The translations under genes and the position numbers were made by a program. Shown here piece after piece: positions 7,637-15,896 of a stretch of 25,855 nucleotides of DNA. This stretch comes from a virus. Its lineage: Duplodnaviria > Caudoviricetes. Location: positions 1 through 25,855 of IMG/VR virus record IMGVR_UViG_3300048598_000462. One strand, given 5' to 3'. The first letter of the stretch is position 1. Each line of letters starts with the position of its first letter. The notes beneath the pieces were generated by a model. It did no database searches, was not told where the DNA came from, and saw only the letters and a program-made list of their open reading frames with translations.

Positions 7637-9257
7637 CGTCGTCGCTCCAATCGTCGCGGTCGTAGAAAGACTGTTCCTGGTGCGCAGCCGCGCGCGATAC
7701 CGCCATCCATGAAGCAGCCGCACCATCGATGCGATCGGTGCTCTTGCCCTTGTGCATCACGCGGTTGCCTGCGCTGTCGGTGTGGATTGCGACGTTACCG
7801 AAACACCACCGCAGGACAGGGTTGCCGGCGTGAACTAGCTTTTCCTCGACGATCACCCGTTCAAGTTCGTTGAGGGCAGGGGACTGAGTCACCCAGCCCT
7901 GCCGCAGCGTCGCGGTGGGAAAGCCGTCGTCGGTGAGCGGTCCCATCACGTTCGAAGCGTAGGCAGGATCGAAGCAGATTTCCCGGACGTCGAACCGTTC
8001 GCACAGGTCGCGAATGTGTCGCTCGATGGCACGCGGATCGATTGCATTGCCCGGCGTCGGCGTGATGAAGCCGGCCTCGGCCCATGAAACGTAGTTCACG
8101 CCGTCCCGATCACCGCGCTTGCGTAGGTCGTGCTCCGGGCAGAAGAACTGCGGCAGGAGAATGTACTCGTCCTCACGTCGGACGCAGGCGACAACGGCGG
8201 CAAGGTCCGTGGTCGTGGCCATGTCACAGCCAATCCAACACGGCAGGCCGTCGATATCGTCGGGGATCGGACGATTGCCCTTGTCGTAAATGGCCATCTC
8301 GACGAAGGGCGAAACAGAATGATCGAGCCAAACGTTTAGATGGTACTGGCGAAACGTGTCGCGCGCGGTCGGACTGGCCTCGGCTTCTTTAGCAAGCTGT
8401 CGCAGGCCTTCGATATCCTGATATCCGAGGGCCAGGCCGGGATTGGCTCGATACCAGTTCGCTTCGTCCTGCCAATCCGCATCAGGGTCGGTTTCGAACA
8501 GGATGGGCAACATAGACGGATCGTCGATCTCGCCGCGCGCTACCTTGCGGGCATGGTCTACAATTTCAAAGGCGATGTTGTCGTTACCCCGGCCGGACGT
8601 CGTGGCAACAATCAGTAGCGAACCCTGCGTCTTCGGAAGGGATGACTTGATGGCCTTCCACAGTTCGGCGTTCTTCCAAACATGAAGTTCGTCGCACAAC
8701 GCCATGGCGATCGTGCGGCCGTGAGCAGGCGCGCCTTCGCCGCTGATCGCCTCCAGAAACGAACCATCCTTATTGAAGACGATCTTCTTTACGCTGTTAT
8801 GCGCGTCATAGATGCGAGTGGCCGCGATCAATCGCTTGTCTTCACGGATGATAGACGCGGCCTCCGCGAAGCCGAGACCGGCTTGCGCGCGGTCAGATGC
8901 GGCAAATACAGCTTCACCACGCGGCCGGCGCTCCGGTCCGATGGTGTGGATGAGATTTAACGCTGCGGAGAATGAAGTTTTTCGATTGCCTCTGGGTAGC
9001 AGAAGCACCACCGTCTTTACGATGCGCTGTCCGTTGGCATGCCTTGGCCCGTAAATGCGCCGGACGATACGCTCCTGCCATGGATCAAGCTGGAACGCGC
9101 GCTTCGGTGCCGAAGATTTCGGATGCTTCAGCCGGCGCAGGAACGTGACCGCGCGCTCGCCGTATCCGAGAGGATCATCGATCGGGGAGTCATCGAAAAG
9201 CCAATGCGGATAGGTGTCAGACGTCAAGCGGGGAATCTTCGTCGTCGTCATTGTCAT
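7623..9257 (-). CDS. terL: Terminase large subunit
   Basis: LDPWQ adenine-binding motif, Walker A variant PRGNRKT, Walker B LCDELH, ATT motif III, nuclease GCDMATTTD and RIDGAAA. Confidence 0.95.
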   Translation of the reverse strand: MTMTTTKIPRLTSDTYPHWLFDDSPIDDPLGYGERAVTFLRRLKHPKSSAPKRAFQLDPWQERIVRRIYGPRHANGQRIVKTVVLLLPRGNRKTSFSAALNLIHTIGPERRPRGEAVFAASDRAQAGLGFAEAASIIREDKRLIAATRIYDAHNSVKKIVFNKDGSFLEAISGEGAPAHGRTIAMALCDELHVWKNAELWKAIKSSLPKTQGSLLIVATTSGRGNDNIAFEIVDHARKVARGEIDDPSMLPILFETDPDADWQDEANWYRANPGLALGYQDIEGLRQLAKEAEASPTARDTFRQYHLNVWLDHSVSPFVEMAIYDKGNRPIPDDIDGLPCWIGCDMATTTDLAAVVACVRREDEYILLPQFFCPEHDLRKRGDRDGVNYVSWAEAGFITPTPGNAIDPRAIERHIRDLCERFDVREICFDPAYASNVMGPLTDDGFPTATLRQGWVTQSPALNELERVIVEEKLVHAGNPVLRWCFGNVAIHTDSAGNRVMHKGKSTDRIDGAAASWMAVSRAAAHQEQSFYDRDDWSDDDGWL

Positions 9258-9591
9258 TGCGCACGGAAGGCCGGCTCCGCGAGACCGGAGTCAGGCCAAG
9301 CTCAGCGGCGAGCTGGCGGGCCGTTGCCATTGCTTTGTCTTGGAGACGGCATAGGATCGGATCGACGCCGTTCTTTTGAATGGCCCGCTCTAACTCGCGC
9401 ACGCGGCCGGTAGCGAGACAGTAGTTTTCTAACGCGCCCATGTCGGCTTCTGTGAGAATGCGCCGCTCGACAAGCGTCGGGATTACGCGCGACCACTCGG
9501 CGCGACCATCCTTTGACAGCCAGGAAGGCGGGGCAGGCGCTTTCTTCACCGCGTTTGCCGCGGTGCGCATTTGCGGTTTGGTGCCCTTCAT
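9217..9591 (-). CDS. terS: Terminase small subunit (P27 family)
   Basis: PPSWLS..GRAEWSR...LENYC...ELGLTPVSRSR. Confidence 0.92.
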   Translation of the reverse strand: MKGTKPQMRTAANAVKKAPAPPSWLSKDGRAEWSRVIPTLVERRILTEADMGALENYCLATGRVRELERAIQKNGVDPILCRLQDKAMATARQLAAELGLTPVSRSRPSVRNDNDDDEDSPLDV

Positions 9592-9911
9592 TGCTCTGCC
9601 TGAATCGCCACGGTGCGGATATCGAGACCCTTGCGGCGCCGGATTTCTTTTAGTTCTTTGATGTTGTGATTGACGCCATTCCAGACGACGCGATCGGCCG
9701 TCTTGAGGCCGTCGACATATCGGGTGCGGAAGATCACCGCGGTTTCGTCCGACGCGCCGTAGCTTTTCATGAACTCTTCCGTCGTGGCCTGAATGATCTG
9801 CGCGCGCACGGTCACAAGGTCGGTCCAGGTGAGGACCGATCCGCCGCCTTCATCGACAACGCGGGAATACCGCTGGATGGTGATGATGGAGTCCATCTTG
9901 CCGGCGCGCAT
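9588..9911 (-). CDS. Head closure protein (SPP1 gp16-like)
   Basis: MRAGKMDSIITIQ...WTDLVTVRA...FRTRY...DRVVWNG...NI pattern. Confidence 0.88.
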   Translation of the reverse strand: MRAGKMDSIITIQRYSRVVDEGGGSVLTWTDLVTVRAQIIQATTEEFMKSYGASDETAVIFRTRYVDGLKTADRVVWNGVNHNIKELKEIRRRKGLDIRTVAIQAEQ

Positions 9912-10327
9912 CAGGCCACCTCGCGAACGAGCGTTTCCACGGTGACAACGCCATGAGCCGTCACGCCATCCGGATCACGCAGGAACCGCATATCGGACAC
10001 GCGGCAATCGGCACACTGGAGGCCTGCCTCAAGGGCTAAACGGTCCTGCCGAATAGCATCGCGCACCGCCGCGGCAATCGCTTTCACACCGGACAGTCCG
10101 CCTTCTTTCTTCCAGACATGCAACGTCGAATGAACACGGGACAGGCTGCGATCGATTGCATTGCCGGTATCCAGAACCTGATCCTCGCCCAAGATGATGG
10201 AAGGGTCCGGCGCGGGACGCTCATTGCGGTCGAGGATCGACGAGGCTGGCACCAAGGCCGTGACCGCCGATACGCCGATCAGCCGGGCACGGATTGCTTT
10301 CTGCACCGCATAGCTGACGTTAGGCAC
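9911..10327 (-). CDS. Tail terminator (DUF3168-like), start at GTG 10327
   Basis: AVQKAIRARL...P.IILGE...TLHVW...RDPDGVTAHGVV; SD GAGG before GTG. Confidence 0.85.
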   Translation of the reverse strand: MPNVSYAVQKAIRARLIGVSAVTALVPASSILDRNERPAPDPSIILGEDQVLDTGNAIDRSLSRVHSTLHVWKKEGGLSGVKAIAAAVRDAIRQDRLALEAGLQCADCRVSDMRFLRDPDGVTAHGVVTVETLVREVA

Positions 10328-10634
10328 TGGCCGGAACCTCGCCAAACGACCAGTCGCGATAATCGTTGATGATGTCGACCAGCCCGAACGGCAGAGACTG
10401 CGCGTTGATACCGACGAGGCTGGCTTCGCGATTCTCGTACCAGTGCGCTGTCAACAGCGCGACTCCGTGAACCAGGGCAGGCGGTACGGTGTCGGGGTAG
10501 CGCTCTTCAATCTTGTACCCTAGCCAGTCCTCAACGTGGTTCTGCGCAGCAGCGATGAGGCGCGCAATCAGGTCGTCGTCGGTGTCGAGAGTCTGCGCGA
10601 GGTGAGCCTTTGCCTCTTCAAGCGTGAGAATCAT
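10320..10634 (-). CDS. Head-tail connector (HK97 gp6-like), 104 aa
   Basis: LTLEEAKAHL...DDDLIARLIAAA...LLTAHWYENRE. Confidence 0.92.
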   Translation of the reverse strand: MILTLEEAKAHLAQTLDTDDDLIARLIAAAQNHVEDWLGYKIEERYPDTVPPALVHGVALLTAHWYENREASLVGINAQSLPFGLVDIINDYRDWSFGEVPASA

Positions 10635-10639
10635 CAAAA

Positions 10640-10720
10640 CTCCAATTATCTGCTCTCTTGCGCCGAGGGAAATCACCGGTCTTTCGCAAAAATCTCAAAC
10701 TTTTTGCCCACTCCCCGTGG
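10640..10720 (-). other. Candidate cos/packaging site downstream of the HNH gene
   Basis: Rare non-coding gap in a tightly coupled operon, directly after HNH; G-run then AAAAAGTTT...GACCGG...GCGCAAGA, like the post-HNH region of HK97-type cos phages. Position inferred. Confidence 0.4.
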
Positions 10721-11060
10721 GTGTGCGACCGAATCCACCTTCGCGCGCTATATTTTGCCTGTTGTTGCAGGCGATGCAGCTTGGCTTCCAATTACTTCGT
10801 ATGAGTCTGAGGTCGGGCGCTTGCTTGATGCTAATGCGATGAGCAACCAACACAGCAGGAGCACCGCATGCACAGCGTTCATTGCCCGGCTCATTCAGGA
10901 AGTCCCTTGATAAGCGCTGCCACTCACTGTCGTAGCCGCGTGCTGCACTGCTGCCTCGCGCTTTGTCATGCTCACGATCACGCTGCTTTTGGCAAACGCA
11001 ACGCTCACCATGAGGCACGCGCTGCCCACATGAACATATGCGGGCAGCGCGCTTAGACAT
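10695..11060 (-). CDS. HNH (HNN variant) endonuclease, terminase cofactor
   Basis: RGSSAARGYDSEW...CACG...VAH...NWKPSCIACNN; N-terminal Cys cluster. Confidence 0.85.
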   Translation of the reverse strand: MSKRAARICSCGQRVPHGERCVCQKQRDREHDKARGSSAARGYDSEWQRLSRDFLNEPGNERCACGAPAVLVAHRISIKQAPDLRLIRSNWKPSCIACNNRQNIAREGGFGRTPTGSGQKV

Positions 11061-11554
11061 TAGTCTTCGTCGCCAGTAGTCGCAGCGACCGGCACGATGT
11101 TCGAGTTGATCTCAATCGTAGCGTTGAGTTTCTGTACCGTGTTGGCCTCGCCACCTGCTTCCTGCGCAGAAGTAACAAGGCCGATAAAGTAGCGCATGGA
11201 TGGCGTTGCACCGACGCCAGCCGGTTTGTCGTTCAACTCGACCTTGAATGCGTAGTTGTTCGAGGTCTTCTCGGCGGCGATCAGGGCAATCTGACCGGCA
11301 TCGGCAGCGTTGATGGCAAACACGTTTTGCATCTGACCAGCATTGCGCGTGCCCTTTTGCTTTACGTCTCGGCCGCGATTGATGAGCGACGTGGTGATCA
11401 CCTGAGCGGTGTCACCGAAGCTGCCCATTTGCTCCCAACCGTCAATTTCCACCCACGTCTGCGACGTGAAATCGGCCTCGACGAAGTCGGTGGCCTTGTC
11501 CGAAAGGACGCCGCCGATGTACAGCTTGCAGCCTGCTACGGGGTAAAGAGACAT
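11060..11554 (-). CDS. Tail tube (major tail) protein, 164 aa
   Basis: GSFGDTAQVIT...KQKGTRNAG...DAGQIALIAA...YAFKVELND...YFIGLV...IEINS is typical of alphaproteobacterial siphovirus tail tubes; SD AGGAGG. Confidence 0.85.
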   Translation of the reverse strand: MSLYPVAGCKLYIGGVLSDKATDFVEADFTSQTWVEIDGWEQMGSFGDTAQVITTSLINRGRDVKQKGTRNAGQMQNVFAINAADAGQIALIAAEKTSNNYAFKVELNDKPAGVGATPSMRYFIGLVTSAQEAGGEANTVQKLNATIEINSNIVPVAATTGDED

Positions 11555-11566
11555 TTGGCCCTCCTG

Positions 11567-11956
11567 TCAGGCTGCGACCGGCGCAAGGGCCGGGCTTCCG
11601 AGAATGAACACCGCACCGGCGGCGATGGACGTACCCGATTGCTTGGTGATCACGGCGCGGACATAGCGCTTTTTGCCGATGTAGCCCTGCCGATAGACAG
11701 ATGATGCTGCAAGCGCGGCCGGTAGCGAGCCGATCAGGTTGTCGGCGGCGACGTCGGTGAAGTCGCCGTCAGTGGTTGTGTCGCTTTCCTGCATTCGGAT
11801 GTCGTAGAGGCCATCCGATGCAATCGCGCCGGTGTTGACAACCATCAGGGCGGATTTGAAGCCTTGCGTATCAACAGCGCTGCCCTTGAGCGTCGCCGTC
11901 TGCACCGCAGGCACGAGGGAGGCGACAACTTTGTTGTCGGTATAGGTATCAAACAT
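11567..11956 (-). CDS. Putative head decoration protein (129 aa from ATG 11956)
   Basis: Directly after the MCP; beta-rich VDTQGF...QESD...FTDVA...GYIGKKRYVR; SD AAGGA. Function inferred from position. Confidence 0.6.
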   Translation of the reverse strand: MFDTYTDNKVVASLVPAVQTATLKGSAVDTQGFKSALMVVNTGAIASDGLYDIRMQESDTTTDGDFTDVAADNLIGSLPAALAASSVYRQGYIGKKRYVRAVITKQSGTSIAAGAVFILGSPALAPVAA

Positions 11957-11981
11957 TCTGAATCCTTGAATTGAGAAAGGG

Positions 11982-12005
11982 TGGGTGATCGGCAACGACC
12001 ACCCA
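11982..12005 (-). terminator. Stem-loop after the major capsid gene (attenuator or mRNA stabiliser)
   Basis: TGGGTGGTC-GTTGCC-GATCACCCA, 9-bp stem with one G-U pair; only a weak pyrimidine tail follows. Confidence 0.4.
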
Positions 12006-12012
12006 TGCCGCG

Positions 12013-13227
12013 TTAGCTGGCAGCGACCTTGAGGAACTTCACCGCGTTGAAATCGCCGGCAGCGCCGCCGACACGCTTGTAGGTGTCGAAAAGGATGCGG
12101 CCCTTTTGCGTGACCTCGTCACGGGTGATCCGGATGCCGGAGCGATCGACCACGACATAAGCCTGACGGTGATCGCCAAAGCTGATCGGCAACGTACCGG
12201 CGCCGATGTCATCATAGCCGTCATCGATGGTTACCGGATAACCGAGCAAAGGATGCTCGACGCCCTCGATCAGGTTGCCGGTGGGCGCCCACAGATAGCG
12301 TCCATTGGCATCAACGATCGTGCGCAGCCGCACCGCTGTGTTGCTGTTCATGACGAACCGCGCATTTGCCTTGTACGGCGTGCGGACCGCAGCAACCAGT
12401 TTCACCAGTGCGGTGACAAGGTTGGCATCGGTCGGTGCCGAGGCGTGACCGGCCGGCACATATTGATACTTGCCCCAAGCCCGGACGAAGTCCTTCTCGT
12501 TGGTCACGTCATAAGTGAGGAAGCCTTTCGGCTTGCCCATGACGCCGTCACCGCGAAGGAACGCTTCGCCTTCGGTCTCGGCGAAGTCGTGAGTGGCGTT
12601 ATTGATCAGCCAGGATGCGATATCGACCTGTACATCATCGAGAAGCTGGCGCGTCGCAGCCGGCGCGGCATAGAGTTCGGCCACGCCGTAGGATTGCTTG
12701 ATGAGTTCCGGTCGAGCCGTGTCCTGCGGGCGGTCATCGCGCTCGGCGACCCACTGAGCGCCGCGCTTGCCCATGGAGTAGAAGCGTTCATACGTAGAGG
12801 TGCCGATCGACACGACTTCCGCCAGACTGCGCATCGGCGAAATGTCGGTCATCAGGGCGCGGATGCTAAGGTCGATGGAGGGCAAAACCATCCAGCCGCC
12901 ATCCACCGCATTGTCGGAAGCCGCAGCCTTCACCTCGACATCGGAACCGGTGCGGATGAAAGAGCCGAGGGCTTTCTTCTCGATGTCGGCCTGCTCGTCG
13001 CCGGCCTTGGTGCCTGCCGGGCGATTGGCCTTCTTCTCGATTTCGGCGAGGCGGGTTTCGAGCGCCTTGACGTCGACAACGTCGTCCTTCTTTTCGGGCT
13101 CGCTCTTGGTTTCGAGCTTGCTTAGGCGGGCGTCGACGGTCTTGGTGAAATCGTCCAAAGCCTTCTGCACGATGCCAACGGGATCGTCGGCCTCGCTCTT
13201 AAATTCAATGGGAGAAACGTGTTTCAA
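12013..13227 (-). CDS. Major capsid protein, HK97 fold (404 aa from TTG 13227)
   Basis: N-terminal coiled-coil delta domain, DGGWMV, EGEAFLRGDG..KPKG, DANGRYLW, LLGYPV, FGD, KRVGG; SD AAGGA before TTG. Confidence 0.95.
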   Translation of the reverse strand: MKHVSPIEFKSEADDPVGIVQKALDDFTKTVDARLSKLETKSEPEKKDDVVDVKALETRLAEIEKKANRPAGTKAGDEQADIEKKALGSFIRTGSDVEVKAAASDNAVDGGWMVLPSIDLSIRALMTDISPMRSLAEVVSIGTSTYERFYSMGKRGAQWVAERDDRPQDTARPELIKQSYGVAELYAAPAATRQLLDDVQVDIASWLINNATHDFAETEGEAFLRGDGVMGKPKGFLTYDVTNEKDFVRAWGKYQYVPAGHASAPTDANLVTALVKLVAAVRTPYKANARFVMNSNTAVRLRTIVDANGRYLWAPTGNLIEGVEHPLLGYPVTIDDGYDDIGAGTLPISFGDHRQAYVVVDRSGIRITRDEVTQKGRILFDTYKRVGGAAGDFNAVKFLKVAAS

Positions 13228-13237
13228 AGTTAGTCCT

Positions 13238-13735
13238 TTAGGAAAGCGCCGCAGTGGCGCGTTGGATTGCAGCCGCAAGCGTGAGTGCTTCAACGGCAGA
13301 CTTTGCGCTGGTCACCCGAGCGCCGGGATGCATGGGGATCGTCACCAAGGACGCCTCCAGCAATTCCAATGATTTGATCGTGCGGCCACCGCCTGCGCGG
13401 TTACTGGCCTTCTTCGTGATAAAGCCGATCGAGATGCCCCGAACTGCGCCTGAGCGCACAAGAGCGCGTACCTCACGGGCGCGTGCAACATCATCAACTA
13501 GAAGATGGCCGGCAAGATGTAGTCCATCCGACTTCTCCGTTGCGATGTCCCAAGTACCGATCGGATCATTCATGTCGTGGCCGAACAGCATCGGAATCGG
13601 CAGCGACGCCTTGGCGAACGCACCTTTCTCGATGACGTCGCCGACGCGGTCAGGCTCGTTGAATTTCCAGGCCACGCCACTGATGGCTCCGGCATCGTCG
13701 GCGATGACCTTGGTTTCGATATAGAGGCGATCCAT
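13238..13735 (-). CDS. HK97-family prohead protease (165 aa from ATG 13735)
   Basis: DRVGDVIEKGAF, MLFGHD, GISIGF, LLEASLVTIPM. Confidence 0.93.
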   Translation of the reverse strand: MDRLYIETKVIADDAGAISGVAWKFNEPDRVGDVIEKGAFAKASLPIPMLFGHDMNDPIGTWDIATEKSDGLHLAGHLLVDDVARAREVRALVRSGAVRGISIGFITKKASNRAGGGRTIKSLELLEASLVTIPMHPGARVTSAKSAVEALTLAAAIQRATAALS

Positions 13736-13896
13736 CAAGCGGGCCTCGACAACACGGCGATGTCGAATTCCTCTTTCTGGAATTGCTCGCCATCGAACCA
13801 AACACATTCAACGCGCTCATCGCGCAGAACGCGCGTCACCGTCATCCACGGGCCACCCGTGGCGAGCCGGACGACGTCAGACTTGGAAAGCTTCAT
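13735..13896 (-). CDS. YodC/DUF2158-like small protein (53 aa); not in the ORF track
   Basis: Translated by hand: MKLSKSDVVRLATGGPWMTVTRVLRDERVECVWFDGEQFQKEEFDIAVLSRPA*. Coupled on both sides (ATGA and TGATG). Confidence 0.8.
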   Translation of the reverse strand: MKLSKSDVVRLATGGPWMTVTRVLRDERVECVWFDGEQFQKEEFDIAVLSRPA

Positions 13897-14282
13897 AGTG
13901 TCCTCATGTAGTAAACATCGCGCTTCTGGCTGAACGCTTCGACCTGCTCACGAATGAACCGGGCCGACGTCAGAAGCCGCACGACGTTTGTGAAGTTGAA
14001 GTCCACCGACTTGCCATCGCGCTTGACGTTCCAGCCGATGACAAGACGCGCGAGTTGCTCGACTTCCATCCGCTCTAGTTCTTCGGCGGGCGGACGATGG
14101 CGGAAGGACATCAGTTCGTCGGAATACTGCAGCCGCGCGCGGCGTGCGGTCTTGCTGTCCGGACCGGCGATGGTCAGGACGATGTCTGTCATCTTTTCCC
14201 CGGTGACGGGGTGGACGATCGTTAGTTCGGCACCACGGTCCTGTGATTCGACGAGGTTGTCGACGTGCGCGAGGTCGTTCAC
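13893..14282 (-). CDS. Tail assembly chaperone-like protein (gpG-type), located in the head cluster
   Basis: GAELTIVHPVTGE...LTIAGPDS...LARLVIGWN...FIREQV resembles siphovirus tail chaperones; GTGA overlap with the portal stop. Confidence 0.6.
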   Translation of the reverse strand: MNDLAHVDNLVESQDRGAELTIVHPVTGEKMTDIVLTIAGPDSKTARRARLQYSDELMSFRHRPPAEELERMEVEQLARLVIGWNVKRDGKSVDFNFTNVVRLLTSARFIREQVEAFSQKRDVYYMRTL

Positions 14283-15442
14283 GCCGCGGCCTCTTGCGGC
14301 TTGTTGTCGTTCGCAGGCTTATCGACGGTGATGTTGCGGTTTCCGTACTTGTCGCCACCGTCGTAGGGCGGAAGCCCAAGCCACTCGCGACCGGTGTTCG
14401 GGTTGATGGTCTCGCTCGCAATGAGAGAGTTAATCGCCGTTGCGCGTTCCGTTAGACTGGCGCGGGTCAGGTCGTCACGGTCGAATTTGAACCGCAAACC
14501 GGAGGCGCGTTCCTCGTCAGAGAGCAGGGCGCGATCGAGGGCGGACTCCAAAGCTTTCAACCACGGCTCCACCGCATACTGCAAGAATTCGAGCTGTTTC
14601 TGAGAAGCATTCGCGTAACTCGACTTCGTGAGGTCGCCCAACATCGCCGGACTGATATTGAACGCACGGCCGATTTCCTCGATCTGGAAACGCCGCATTT
14701 CGAGGAACTGGGCGTCGACCGACGAAAGCTGCATGGCCTTGAACGTCGAGCCATCAAACAGGATGGCGGTCTTCCCGGCGTTCTCGGCACCCTCATGCGC
14801 GGCGCGCCAGCCGGCCTTCATCGCCTTCCACGACTTTTCGCTGATGCCCTTCGGCACTTCGATCACGCCGCCGGGACGTGCGCCGTTCTTAAATAGCCGC
14901 GATGCATGGGCGGTCATCACAAGTGACGCGCCGATCGCCTCGCGTGCCAACGAGACAGGGCACTTCGCGAAGGGGCCGCGAAGATGCACGATGTCCGACG
15001 CCGCGACAGGTCGGCCGGAAACGCGATACAGCAACTCGCGCGTCTCTTCCTCTTGAAAGCCGATCGTGCCGCGTCGATAATTGATGATCTCGCGGACTTC
15101 GCCGTTAACACGGTTGACCCATGCCAGCGCGCCCGCGTCATGCAGCAACGCCTCGGCGACCATGTCCCGGATGAACTCGTAACCGGAAGTCCAGGCATTT
15201 ACTTGGCCGCGGAGCAGGTCGAGCGCGGGGTGATTGTCGACGCGTTCCTCTTCGCGGGTGATATTGACATCGAGCGCCGCGCACGATTCTGAAATGAGTT
15301 TAACACCGGCCTGAACCGCCGTTTCGCAAAGGGCGGTCGCTGCCGTGACGCCAGCGCCGGGCGTCGAGCCGGTGAACGCCTCAAGGATTGCGGCGTCATC
15401 GTCCGGGATCGGCTCGATTGCTTTGGTGGTAAACCAACCCAT
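14279..15442 (-). CDS. HK97-family portal protein (387 aa)
   Basis: DIVHLRG, FKNGARPGG, ENAGKTAIL, DAQFLEMRRFQIEEIGRAFNISP, NTGREWLGLPP. Confidence 0.95.
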   Translation of the reverse strand: MGWFTTKAIEPIPDDDAAILEAFTGSTPGAGVTAATALCETAVQAGVKLISESCAALDVNITREEERVDNHPALDLLRGQVNAWTSGYEFIRDMVAEALLHDAGALAWVNRVNGEVREIINYRRGTIGFQEEETRELLYRVSGRPVAASDIVHLRGPFAKCPVSLAREAIGASLVMTAHASRLFKNGARPGGVIEVPKGISEKSWKAMKAGWRAAHEGAENAGKTAILFDGSTFKAMQLSSVDAQFLEMRRFQIEEIGRAFNISPAMLGDLTKSSYANASQKQLEFLQYAVEPWLKALESALDRALLSDEERASGLRFKFDRDDLTRASLTERATAINSLIASETINPNTGREWLGLPPYDGGDKYGNRNITVDKPANDNKPQEAAA

Positions 15443-15606
15443 TATGCGGCGGCCTTCATTTCAGGAACGTCAAGGCCGGCATTGATACGCGCTTGCGCAA
15501 GCGGCACGCGGCCATCAAGGCCGAGAGATTCGAGAAAGCGACGCTGCGGTGTATCGATGATCTCGAACAAACTATTGTTGCTGCGGGCAGGGTGGTTATC
15601 GTTCAA
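15442..15606 (-). CDS. Small hypothetical protein (54 aa, TTG start); not in the ORF track
   Basis: Translated by hand: MNDNHPARSNNSLFEIIDTPQRRFLESLGLDGRVPLAQARINAGLDVPEMKAAA*. Fills the gap exactly, with TTGA and TAATG overlaps. Confidence 0.65.
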   Translation of the reverse strand: MNDNHPARSNNSLFEIIDTPQRRFLESLGLDGRVPLAQARINAGLDVPEMKAAA

Positions 15607-15896
15607 TGCAATTTAGCCTTCTTTGAGGGGCGCGGCTTGCGGCTGTTTCGGGTCTTCTTCGACGCATTCGGCGCGCGGGTGCGGACGTCGTCGCCACCCT
15701 GTAAACTGTCGGGCCAAAGCGATCGCGGCTGTGATGCCACGCGAAATGGCTTCAGCGATCTCAGCGGAAACACCCGACGCACGATCCGACCCGCATGATC
15801 GCACCAGACAACGTCGGCCTCGTCGCCCGTGACCATGACGACGCGCGCAATACGGCCGGCGGCCACAACTACGTCTGCCGATTTCACGGTGATCAT
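15603..15896 (-). CDS. Hypothetical protein with a divergent YodC-like N-terminus and basic tail
   Basis: VKSADVVV..G....V..VTGDEADVVWCD..G...RRVFP..SL; TGATG coupling. Confidence 0.6.
   Translation of the reverse strand: MITVKSADVVVAAGRIARVVMVTGDEADVVWCDHAGRIVRRVFPLRSLKPFRVASQPRSLWPDSLQGGDDVRTRAPNASKKTRNSRKPRPSKKAKLH

Noticed and set aside
12106-13125. 339-aa plus-strand ORF and other long antisense ORFs (for example 5317..6015, 16835..17512, 22761..23492)
   Set aside because: Shadow frames opposite well-supported genes in GC-rich DNA; no motifs or SDs recognised.
13228-13293. Extended N-termini from the ORF track (MCP 13293, protease 13807, gp10 7726, int 1206, Abi 21477)
   Set aside because: Downstream starts have better SDs, stop/start coupling or family-typical N-termini.
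3717-15442. Calling the cluster an RcGTA-like gene transfer agent
   Set aside because: It has att sites, int/xis, rep and HNH with P27-type TerS, has a different gene order, and lacks the GTA hub, peptidase and megatron genes.
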